A DNA stretch of 64,000 nucleotides from Sumerlaeia bacterium (GTDB lineage Bacteria > Sumerlaeota > Sumerlaeia > SLMS01 > JAHLLQ01), in the NCBI GenBank assembly GCA_040219255.1, contig JAVJSW010000037.1, forward strand, positions 32,001 to 96,000. The letters run 5' to 3'. The translations under genes and the position numbers were made by a program. Positions 38,578-49,500 of the stretch are shown here, piece by piece. Under the pieces are notes generated by a model. The model saw only the letters and a list, made by a program, of their open reading frames with translations, did not search any database and was not told the DNA's origin. The stretch's first letter is position 1; every line of letters begins with the position of its first letter.

Positions 38578-41412
38578 CTACTCCCAACTATCCCAGTCCG
38601 GTAAGGCCGCCGGACGGGGACCGTCAAGAGTTAAGTTCGCTGCTGGATCTCCGAAGATCGTGTACTCCTTGAGCGTTTCGTCGAAGAACGGCCATTGGGC
38701 GTGGAAGTCGATGCGCGCCTGCAAGAGCAGTTCGCCGATGGTTCGGGGCCGCACGGCGTCGCTCTGGCTCAGGAGGGACATGACGGCGATGGCGAACTGC
38801 TTCTGCTCGAAGTAGTAGTCGGCGCTGACGGGACAGATGTTTCCGATGGCGCCGTGGTCCGCCACGATGGTCCAGGCTTCCGCCATTGATCGTTTCGTGG
38901 CGTTCGGATAGGCGAAATTGCCGTTCAGACAGGTGAAAGTGGCGACGATGGGCCAGTTGTCTTCCGTGGCGATGAGTCCAGTCATGATGTCATCGGTGGT
39001 CACGATGCGCTCGCCGGTCCAGATGTCGTCGCTGCCGTGGCCCATGTAGAGTGCAAAGGCCGTGCCATCGGCGAAGGCGTTTTGGATCGCGGCGCGCGTC
39101 ACGGGGTCGTTGTTGGGGGTCGAGGCGAGGAGGCCGACGTGGGCGCTGCCGTGGCCGGTGGGGGCCCAGTAGCTGTCCCACAGGGGCACGTCCTCCCAGT
39201 AGATGCTGAAGCCGTCGTTGTCGAAGTCGTCGTTGTCATCGGTGACCCAGAGAGCGGGGCGGTTGGCGTCGCGAAGGGTTTCGACAAGGGCGTCGAAACG
39301 GATCTGGCGGTCGACGAAGTTGGCGACTTCTTGCGGGGTCTTGGCGGGGATTCGGCCAAAGGAGGCGTCGGGCAGAAGGTCGCCGCCTTCGAAGAGGGTG
39401 TAGGGGTAGTCGAGAGGCACTTCGAGGAAGCCGAAGCTGTATTCGGGGCTGAGTTCGTTGAAGACCGGAATCTGAGGCGCGTCGAGAGGATCGAGTTCGC
39501 CGCGGGGGTCCGAGTTGCCGTGGGCGACGAGGAGGAAATCGGGGAGGGCGGCGTGGGAGGGAGAATGATCGAGAAGTGCGACGAGGGCTTCGCGCAGGGC
39601 CTCGGGGCTTTTCTGTCCGCCGTTGTAGGCGTCGTAGGCGGCCTGCGGGTCGAGTTCGATGGTGCCGGCGCCATAGTGGGCCACAAGGGGCGAGAGCGCC
39701 GCGGCGAATTCGTCGGGCCGGACGTAGATGCGCTCGAGCCTGAATTCGGCGATGGGCGGGACCGGCATGGCCTTGGCCACCGTGATGACGGGCGGTGTGG
39801 TGATCGCGTCGAGGCGCGTGACGAAGAACGTGGTGTGGGAGCTGGGGGCGTCGAATTCGACCGCGGCGGCGGCGCCCGCGTCATAGGTGAAGACGGGCGG
39901 GTTGGCGACGACTTGGGGAAGCTGCGGGTTGGTGATGTCGACCACCAGAACTGCGCCGGATGTCGTGGCGGGATCGAAGCCGCCGACGGTGACTCGGCGC
40001 GGGCCGGAATCGGCGGGCAGATCGACGAGGCACTGGTTATCGGGATCGAGGCGGAAGTAGCCGGTGTAGGTCAAATCGTACCAATTCAGGTTCTGGGCCG
40101 ACGTGCCCGACGGCCTCGGCGTTACGATATGGCGGACCTCGATGGTGTCGCCGGAAGGCAGCGAGGGCAGGAAAATCGAGTCCGTGAGGACATGAACGGT
40201 CTTGCCTTCCCATTCGTCGGTTTTTGTGTCCACGCCCTGGATGCGGAGTTTGGCGCCGTGATCGAAAGCGGAGTCATTGATGTTATAGCCGTGGAGTTCG
40301 GCGGAAATCGTGAGCGCGGTCGTGGTCAGTTCGTCGTGGATCGGAATGTTGTAGGGGCGGTTGCCGCCGGTGTTGCGCCAGAAGAAGAAGCGGTCGAGCG
40401 GGGCGGTCTGGGCGGCCCACTCGAAATAGAGGTCGTACTCGTGGCGGCGGGTGATGGTGTGTTCGGCTTCCGTGGCGAGGGGCGCCAGGGACTCGAAGGC
40501 CGGGCGGATGGTGGCCTGGGTGGTGGGCGAGTCGCCGACGCTGGCGAAGAGCGCGTCCGTGTCGGCGTCATCGGTGTATCGAAAAGGGGCGGTGACGAGC
40601 AGATCGTTCCCATCGGTCCCCAGCGGCGGCACGATGACTGCGTGGTGATCGAGAAGGACCTGCGTGGCGGAGGACGGGTCCGCACCGAGCAGGCTGAGGG
40701 GCACGCGATAGATGGCCGGTTCGTTCCGGTAGGCGATGCGATAGTCGCCCGGGGGCGAGGGAATGGGCGCTGCCTTGGTGGCGCGGGGGCGCGCCGGAAG
40801 CGCGGTGACGGTCTCGCCATTGAGGAAGGTACGCCGCACGACTCGGTGCAGGACCTCTTCCTCGGCCAAGTCGATCGTTGCCAGTCCTTTGGTGGTGGAA
40901 GCGGGGCCGCTGACGGTGATGAGCAGCTCTGTACCGGGGGCGGTTTCGCTCGCCCAGGCGGTGGGATCGACGGTGACTTGAAGGCCTTCGGCGGGGCCAA
41001 CGGCGACGGGGGCGAGCGTGACGCCGGTCTGGGCGTCGAGTGGCTGACCGGAGACAGTGGCGACGGCGACTTTCCAGTCGGCCGGATCGAACTGACCGAG
41101 GCCGGGGACGGCCAAGTACGTCGACTGGGTAAGGAAAGCGGAGTTGGACAGAGCGCGGGGAGCGAGGGCTTCCGCGCCGAAATCCGCCACGAGGGGCGAA
41201 GCGGGGCTCAGGCTCAGTTCACGCCCGAGAGCCTCGGGCGGCAACGTGCCGCCATTGCGGGGGCTAAAACGGAGCGTGGCATGGAAACCGGACGGGGACG
41301 CCTTATTCGGCGCCACCGCGGATTCCAGGGTGAATCCGGCAAGGACGGATGTGGACGCGAAGACAGTGAGCGCGAGGAGGGTAAGAATAAAGGCGGTGGT
41401 GAGGCGATTCAT
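38578..41412 (-). CDS. Secreted C25 family (gingipain/PorU-like) cysteine peptidase
   Basis: Signal peptide; AYDAYNGG..SPEALR, DYPY, D.LPD..FGRIPA.T, catalytic His YMGHGS..W, catalytic Cys TFTCLNG.F, SMAEAW, GAIG, IGE, Y.IFGDPA. Confidence 0.88.
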   Translation of the reverse strand: MNRLTTAFILTLLALTVFASTSVLAGFTLESAVAPNKASPSGFHATLRFSPRNGGTLPPEALGRELSLSPASPLVADFGAEALAPRALSNSAFLTQSTYLAVPGLGQFDPADWKVAVATVSGQPLDAQTGVTLAPVAVGPAEGLQVTVDPTAWASETAPGTELLITVSGPASTTKGLATIDLAEEEVLHRVVRRTFLNGETVTALPARPRATKAAPIPSPPGDYRIAYRNEPAIYRVPLSLLGADPSSATQVLLDHHAVIVPPLGTDGNDLLVTAPFRYTDDADTDALFASVGDSPTTQATIRPAFESLAPLATEAEHTITRRHEYDLYFEWAAQTAPLDRFFFWRNTGGNRPYNIPIHDELTTTALTISAELHGYNINDSAFDHGAKLRIQGVDTKTDEWEGKTVHVLTDSIFLPSLPSGDTIEVRHIVTPRPSGTSAQNLNWYDLTYTGYFRLDPDNQCLVDLPADSGPRRVTVGGFDPATTSGAVLVVDITNPQLPQVVANPPVFTYDAGAAAAVEFDAPSSHTTFFVTRLDAITTPPVITVAKAMPVPPIAEFRLERIYVRPDEFAAALSPLVAHYGAGTIELDPQAAYDAYNGGQKSPEALREALVALLDHSPSHAALPDFLLVAHGNSDPRGELDPLDAPQIPVFNELSPEYSFGFLEVPLDYPYTLFEGGDLLPDASFGRIPAKTPQEVANFVDRQIRFDALVETLRDANRPALWVTDDNDDFDNDGFSIYWEDVPLWDSYWAPTGHGSAHVGLLASTPNNDPVTRAAIQNAFADGTAFALYMGHGSDDIWTGERIVTTDDIMTGLIATEDNWPIVATFTCLNGNFAYPNATKRSMAEAWTIVADHGAIGNICPVSADYYFEQKQFAIAVMSLLSQSDAVRPRTIGELLLQARIDFHAQWPFFDETLKEYTIFGDPAANLTLDGPRPAALPDWDSWE

Positions 41413-41604
41413 ATATGGCAGGTCTCTGGTGATGGGCAGGGGTCTGTATTAAGGCCTATGGGCATCAGCCGCGAGTTTCTTGCGGGATGAGGGCAATTCC
41501 TCGCGAGCAAAATCGGGGGCAGTTTGTGGAATCTTAGTAAAGCGGCGGAAAATTGCCCACTAAAAGAACGAGCGGAATTGTCCGTGAAGGCGGCGTGGGG
41601 CGCC

Positions 41605-42345
41605 TTACATCAGGCGGAAGCGGCACCGCAGCAGCGTGGTCACGGCTTCGATAAAATCGCGCCAGCCGATTTTTTTGCCCTCTTCGAAGGTGCGGGCGAA
41701 AAAGGTCACCGGCACCTCGTGGATGCGATAGCCGCTGAGCAGGAGTTTGGCGGTGACTTCGGGGCAGAACTCGAAGCGTTCGCACTTGAGCGGGATGCCT
41801 TTGATGACCTCCGCGCGGAAGGCCTTATAGGCGGTGGCTTCGTCGGTGATGACCTGACCGAAGAGAATGGCGACGAAGAAGGCGAGAAGTTTGTTGGCGA
41901 CGTAATTGGGCAGGCGCATGCCGGTTGGGGTGCGGCCGAGGAAGCGGGAGCCGTAGGTGACTTCCGTGCGGCCATCGACAATGGGGGCGATGATCTCCGG
42001 GATTTCCGCCGGGTCGTATTCCAGGTCGGCGTCCTGGACGAGAATGATGTCGCCGGTGGCGATTTTGAGGCCGGTGCGGATCGCCCGGCCTTTGCCGTGG
42101 TTGCGTTTGTGGAGCGCGATTTTGGAGTCCGGGCGGCCGTGCTCGTTGTCGCGGAGCCATTCGCGAGTGCCGTCCTTGGAGAAATCGTCGACCAGGATCA
42201 GCTCGCGTTCCAGCCCCAGCGGGGCCAAATCCACGGCGCGCACCTTCTCGAGGACCCGGGGCAGCAGCTCGATCTCGTTGTAGATCGGAATGATCAGGGA
42301 CAACTTGCGGGGCTTGAAATCGGGGGAAGGCACGGGGCGCGGCAT
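41605..42345 (-). CDS. Glycosyltransferase family 2 (DPM1-like, polyprenol-phosphate glycosyltransferase)
   Basis: LSLIIPIYNE, VDDFSKDGT, NHGKGRA, QDADLEYDP, YGSRF, EGKKIGWRD. Confidence 0.93.
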   Translation of the reverse strand: MPRPVPSPDFKPRKLSLIIPIYNEIELLPRVLEKVRAVDLAPLGLERELILVDDFSKDGTREWLRDNEHGRPDSKIALHKRNHGKGRAIRTGLKIATGDIILVQDADLEYDPAEIPEIIAPIVDGRTEVTYGSRFLGRTPTGMRLPNYVANKLLAFFVAILFGQVITDEATAYKAFRAEVIKGIPLKCERFEFCPEVTAKLLLSGYRIHEVPVTFFARTFEEGKKIGWRDFIEAVTTLLRCRFRLM

Positions 42346-42424
42346 GGTCAGGCTCTCAGGCTCGGCGTGGCGAGCAGTGTGGCTCAGTTATAGACCGGCG
42401 CAAGGGGGGAAAAGCTTGGGGTTT

Positions 42425-42522
42425 GGGACACGGAGGGCACGGAGGATGGAGATTCACGGAGGTGGATCAGTTCCTCTTGGGGGGGCTCCGTTCCGATTCC
42501 TATCCGCGCCAATCCGTGACCC
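42425..42522. repeat. Imperfect inverted repeat with 9-nt-period CACGGA units
   Basis: gggacacggagggcacgga ... tccgcgccaatccgtgaccc, just downstream of leuA. Confidence 0.5.
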
Positions 42523-42549
42523 ATCCTCGGCGGGCAGCCACCATTCCGA

Positions 42550-44151
<1,602 letters not shown>

Positions 44152-44348
44152 GGGAAAACTCCTGCGTTCGTGCAGCGGGGGGGAGAGAGTATAATCTCGT
44201 CGGCTGGGGTTGCAGCGCCAGGAGCGGGCCAAGAGGCGGGTCCGGGAGGCGATGCCGATTCGGGGGGCCGGATTCGTTTTCTGGTCAGAGAGTTCGAAAA
44301 CGGGAGTTTACCGCCCCGCTCCGCGCCGGACAGGCGGGCGGAGCGAGG

Positions 44349-44429
44349 CTAGCGAAGTCGCAGGGCGAGGGGGAGGTTTCGAAGCCGCGATGGAGTGGCG
44401 TGTGCCGCTGTGGTCGTCGAGTGGATCAT
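44349..44429 (-). CDS. Possible Leu-rich leader peptide (uORF) upstream of leuA
   Basis: MIHSTTTAAHATPSRLRNLPLALRLR; 5 Leu in the last 11 codons; a GC hairpin follows the stop; no good SD. Confidence 0.35.
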   Translation of the reverse strand: MIHSTTTAAHATPSRLRNLPLALRLR

Positions 44430-44474
44430 AACGCGCCGGTCCCGGGGTTGGCGACTCTCCCGATAAAGTCGGAT

Positions 44475-44752
44475 AAAATGAAAAGCGCCCCCGGCAAGCC
44501 ATCGATCTGGCTTTGGCCGGGGGCGCTGGAAGCTTGCGCGGTACCACCCCGAATTCGCTCCCGATGGGGAGCCTTCGTTACCTCTTCTGACGGGAGAGGG
44601 CCAATCCGTCTGGTTCTACTTGCCCGGTGGGGCTTTGGGGCCAGAGGCTCGGAGGTCAGTTCGGGCGGCCGGGGGCGGAACCCTTCCAGCCAAAGGGGTT
44701 CCTCTCTGTCGCTCTCCCGGGCGCCGCCGTACTCGTCCTCGTCGTCGCCGTT
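44475..44752 (-). promoter_or_regulatory. T-box riboswitch, Leu-specific (specifier CUG)
   Basis: Minus strand shows stem I (GA motif, AGUA, AGAGA bulge, GCUG loop, GAA-CUG-A specifier at 44662-44656), stem II with AGUA, a CCGUCA box, stem III, T-box GGGGUGGUACCGCG, an antiterminator, and terminator AGCGCCCCCGGC...GCCGGGGGCGCU followed by UUU. Confidence 0.93.
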
Positions 44753-44904
44753 TACGTGGGGCCGGTTGCATCGGACCGTGGCGGTCCAAAACCGTATGTC
44801 GAGCGTAAGGAAGAACCAGCGGGGGGCGCTCTGTCAAGAGCCGATCCAGAGGCCAACGCATTTCTCGCGATAAAATTTGATGGGTGGTCGTTGTGAGAAA
44901 GGAA

Positions 44905-45049
44905 TCACCACAGAGTCACCGAGGACACCGAGGAAGAGTTTCCTCAGAGTCAGTGACACGATCGCACGTTACGTAGAAAGAGACTTGAAAGAAGGCGATA
45001 TCTTCTCATCCTGAATAAAATCTCGGTGCCCTCTGTGGCTCTGTGGTGA
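44905..45049. repeat. 28-bp inverted repeat pair enclosing an AT-richer spacer (MITE/REP-like)
   Basis: tcaccacagagtcaccgaggacaccgag (44905-44932) matches the reverse complement of 45022-45049 at 25 of 28 positions. Confidence 0.75.
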
Positions 45050-45123
45050 ATTACCAGCTCCCCCGCCACGCCCCCGAATTGCCTTGCCGTCGGGGCCATT
45101 TCGCGCCGTCAGATGGGCCTGCT

Positions 45124-46374
45124 ATGCGTTCTGTGTTCGTCGTTGCCCACCACGAAATCCGCCTGTTGGCCCGCGATGTGAAGGCCCTGCTGCTGCTGTT
45201 TGTGCTGCCGATCGCGTTGATCGTGATCGCGATTTTCGCGCTCGGGTCGCTCTATGGCGGCGGGATGACGGAAACGCGGGTGCTCTTGGTGGATGAGGAC
45301 GGCTCGGCCTTGTCGCGGCAGATTGCCGTGGACTTGGGGACTTATCCGCAGCTCCTGATCGAGACCTCCGATCCGTTCCTGAATGATTCCGCCACTACCC
45401 AGCCCATGACCCGCGAGCGGGCCCAGGCCATCCTCGATTCGGGCGACCGCTTCGCCGCCATCGTTATCCCGGGAGGGTTTGGCGAGGCGGTGACGACCGG
45501 GGCCGCGGCGCGGATTCAGATCCTGCGCAATCCCGCCCAGACCGCCGGGCCCGCCATTGCCTTCGGAATTCTCCAGGGCATCGCCACGCGGCTCTCGGCC
45601 GACGTAATTGCCCGAGGCGTCACCAGCGCCCAGCTCCAGCCCGCGGGCGCCGCGCCGGCCCCGCCGGGCCAGGCCGAGCGCATGCTGGCCGATGTGCAGC
45701 GCGCCACCGCCGAGGCCTGGGAGAATCCGCCGGTCGTCGTCGAGCAAACTGATGTCGTCGAAGTCACCAACGGCGAGATCGATCCGCTGAAGCAGAACGT
45801 GCCGGGTTACGCGGTGATGTTTTCGCTGTTCACGGCTCTGCTGTGCGGCGAGAGCCTGCTTCGTGACCGCGACACGGGGGCGTACCGCCGGCTGCTCTGC
45901 GCGCCGCTCAGCAAGGGGGCTCTGCTGCTGGGCAAGCTCCTCGCCGCGTTTTGCGTCGCGGTGATTCAGCTCATCGTCTTTTTCAGCTTCGGTCACTTCG
46001 TGTTCGGGATGGAGCTGGGCAATTCGGCCGCCGCGCTGGTGCTGATGTGCGCGGTGCTGGCGCTGACCACGACGAGCCTGGGGATTTTCCTGGCCGCGGT
46101 GGTCAAGACGCAGAACCAGCTTTTCAGCCTCACCAGCTTTCTCATCCTCGTCATGTCGGCGGTGGGGGGGTGCTGGTGGCCGCTGGAAATCACGCCGCCC
46201 TTCATGCAGAAACTGGCCTACTTCACCACGCTGAACGCCTGGGCGATGTCCGGGTTCAAGGACGTGCTCTGGTACGGCCGCGGGGTTGCGGCGCTGGGAC
46301 CGGAGATCGCGGCCCTGCTGGCGATTTCCGCGGTGGCGTTTGGGGTGGGTTGGTGGCGGTTTCGGTTCGAGTAG
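45124..46374 (+). CDS. ABC-2 type transporter permease
   Basis: E.RLL.RD..ALLLLFVLP, periplasmic loop, VPGYAVMF, DRDTGAYRRLL.APLS...LLGK, GGCWWPLEI.P. Confidence 0.9.
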   Translation: MRSVFVVAHHEIRLLARDVKALLLLFVLPIALIVIAIFALGSLYGGGMTETRVLLVDEDGSALSRQIAVDLGTYPQLLIETSDPFLNDSATTQPMTRERAQAILDSGDRFAAIVIPGGFGEAVTTGAAARIQILRNPAQTAGPAIAFGILQGIATRLSADVIARGVTSAQLQPAGAAPAPPGQAERMLADVQRATAEAWENPPVVVEQTDVVEVTNGEIDPLKQNVPGYAVMFSLFTALLCGESLLRDRDTGAYRRLLCAPLSKGALLLGKLLAAFCVAVIQLIVFFSFGHFVFGMELGNSAAALVLMCAVLALTTTSLGIFLAAVVKTQNQLFSLTSFLILVMSAVGGCWWPLEITPPFMQKLAYFTTLNAWAMSGFKDVLWYGRGVAALGPEIAALLAISAVAFGVGWWRFRFE

Positions 46375-46513
46375 GGGAGGCTTGGTACAGCGTGCCGCTC
46401 GATCCGCGCTGGTTGGGCGCGGCTCAGGGGCAGTCCTTTCGGTTCATGACCGCGCCGCTCCAGATGCGCTTGGCACGAGGAACGCGGCACGCTGGACGAT
46501 CGACTTCCTATTC

Positions 46514-49500
46514 CTAATACAGCATCCACTCTCCAGCGCGGGCCGGGCCGCCGCCAGAGGTGGCGAAGGCGGGGCCGTAGTTGGCGGTGAAGCCTTGGGT
46601 TTCGACTTCGATGAGGAAGTAACCGCGGGTTTCGCCGTCGGCGATGGGGAGCGGGTCGGTGATTTCGTAGTTGGCGCCCTTGCTGGGCGAGCCCAGGGAC
46701 GGGACGATGGTGGTGTTGACGCGGTCGCCGGCGACCCAGCCGTTGCCAGCGGCGCTGGGGACGGCGCGGTGGATGTAGAAGCCGATGGTGCCGACTTCCG
46801 CGCCGGTTTCCCAGGCGATGCGTACCGGTTCGCCGGGGTTGGTGGCGGAGGCGGTGAAGGAGATGAGATCGACCCAGAGGGGTTCGCCGGCGTTGGCGGC
46901 GCCGAGGCTGGGGCCGTCGGAGTTGATGCCGCTGGTGTTCTCCCAATCGGTGGCGGTGTCGGTGTCGGTGGAGGAGACGTCGCGGGCGAGGCTGTGCTGG
47001 GCGGCTTTGGCGGCGGCGCCAGACTGGGCGCCGGTGATGTCGCCGCCGAAGAAGGTGCCATAGGGCACGGCGCGGGAAATCTGGCCGGAGAAGCTGCCGC
47101 TGCGGTCTTGCCAATCGAGGTAGTCCATGCCCTTGCCGAGGTCGTCGAGGAGGGCGAGGGAGCCGCTGCGATCCTGCTCCCACGGGATGTTGAAGCCAAC
47201 GAAGAGATCGGGCGAGAGGGTTCCCATGGCGGGCGGGCTGGCGCCGCCTTCGTCAGAGAGGACGAGGTAATCGCTGGCGCCGATCAGGGTGCCGCTGGGG
47301 AAGACGTACTCGGCCTGGAGGCCGGCGCTGTCGCGGAAGACGAGGGTCCATCCGCCGAGGTCAACGGCCGAGGGCACCGGGTTGTAGAGTTCGACGAAGT
47401 CGATGGAGCCGGTGAAGATCTCGTTGATGCGAACGGCGGGATGGAACGGCAGGATCGTCATCGCGGTGATGGTCTGGGTGTTGGGGAAGGCGTCGAAGGG
47501 GTTCGCGGGGTCGGGATTCTCCGGCAGCATGTTGGGGCTGGCGTAGCCGGCGTCGCTGGAGGTCACGGCGGCGAAGCGCATGAGCGAGAGGTCCGGCGAG
47601 CCATGCGAGAGGAGCGGGAGCTGGGTGAGGAAGGCGTCCGGGCCCTGGATGGTGGCGCCCTGACCGGCGGGGAAGGAGCCGTAGCTGCTGCCGTAGCTCA
47701 TGACGATGTCTTCGCGGTAGGCGAAGTTGGTGAAGCTGCCGCCGATGCCGCCGGGCAGGTCGCTGCTGCCCAGCGCGTAGCCGAAGCCGACGCCGGGGGC
47801 GGTGATGCCAGCGATCAGGTCGATGGCGATGCCGGCGCCCTGGAGCGAACCGGAGAGCACGAAGGCGGCGTTGCTGATGTCGCCGCGCAGACCGTCGGCG
47901 AAATCGTTGAGCTGGTTTCGAATGTCGACGGCGCCTTGGCTCGAACCGGCGTTGGTATCGACGTAGAGGAAGGAGCCGTTGTCGATGTTGGTTTCCGACC
48001 CGCCGAACATGTCGCCGCGGACGGCTATGTAAAGGACGTTGTCGCGCAGCAGGCCGCGCATTTCGGTGAGCGAGCCATCGCCGCCGAAGTCGGCGCCGCT
48101 GGCCCCGGGGACGCCCACGAACCCACCGTCAACCGGTGAGCTGGCTAGGAGCACGCCGTCGGAGATGACGGTGTCGAAGGCGCCATCGGCAAAGATGGGC
48201 GGGCGCTGGGGCAGCGGGTCGTAGCCCGTCAAGCCGATGGCGCTGGTGGCTTCGCTGAGGATGCCGGTGAGGTTGGGGCCGGTGGCGGCCTGAACTCGGA
48301 TCTTGGCGTTGGGGGCGTTGGTGTTGACGATGATGGCGCCGCTTTCGATGGCGTCGAATTGCAGGTAGCTGGACACGGGCCGGGTCACGGTGAAGGGTCC
48401 GGACGCAGGGGCGTCGATGTCCGCGACGGTGAGCTGGTCGCCGCCGAGGTCGAGGATAATGCGGGCCGACTGGGCGAGGTTATCCTGGAAGAGGCCTTCG
48501 ATGGTGAGGGAATTGGGTTGGTTGAGGGTCACCGTGGGCGGGTCGCTTTGGGTGGCCGGGGGCGTGGGCGACGTCACGACGACGGACGGGCCGGGGGTGT
48601 TGGCGTCGACGTCGACGAAGGCGATGACTTCGTTGGGTGGAGACGCCATGGAGGTGAGTTCGGCCACCGCGCGGATGGTATGGTTGCCGGTGCCATAGCC
48701 GCGCCAGAGGAAGCGGAATTCTTCGAAATCGTCGCCGAGGTTCTGGTCGTTCTGGACCAGGACGCCGAGGGGCGGGAGCAAGCTTGCATTGTAGGGTTGG
48801 GCCGAAATGGGGGAGCTGTCGTCGACCTGGAGCGTCAGCGAATAATCGGCTGGGAAATCGATGGTTCCCATGCCGCTCGAGCGGCGGACGCGGACGACGA
48901 GGTCGTTGGGATAAGCGGGATCGTTGATGAGCGAAGGAAGTGGCTGGAAATCGACCGAGCCGTCGCTGGGATCGGCGTCATAGCCGAGGAAGACTTCGGG
49001 CGAGGGCACGTCGGCGTCGATGCCGTCAAAGCGGGTGATGCTGTAGTTGCCGGTTTCTTCGAAGGCCACCACGGTGAGTTCATAGGTGCCGGTGGTGAGG
49101 CCGCTGAGGACCTGGCGCCACTGGGTGCGGTCGTGCTGGCGGGATTTGTTGTCGCCATTGAGCAGGGCGAAGATATCGCCGTCGGTGGCCGCCGGGGGCA
49201 CATTGGTCAGGATGTGGACGGAATTGGCGGTTTCGTGGGTATCGACCACGACCTCATAGGACGAGGTCAGGATGTCGCCACTGCCGGTTTGAGTAGGGAA
49301 GGCGAGCGTGGCGGTGGGAGGCAGGCGGTCGAGGTAAATGACTTTGCGTTGCAAGTCGTAGAGGCTGGGGGTGTTGGCCGGGCGTTGGCGGAAGGCGATG
49401 GTTTCCAGGTAATGGTAGCCTTCCGAGAGGCCCGTCGCATCGATGGAGATGGTATAGCTGCGGGGACCGCCGATGGCGCCCGAGACGTTGGGGAAGCCGT

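Noticed and set aside
44616-44896. Short ORFs upstream of leuA (44616-44861, 44620-44808, 44627-44896, 44400-44873)
   Set aside because: They overlap the T-box RNA, which fully explains the sequence.
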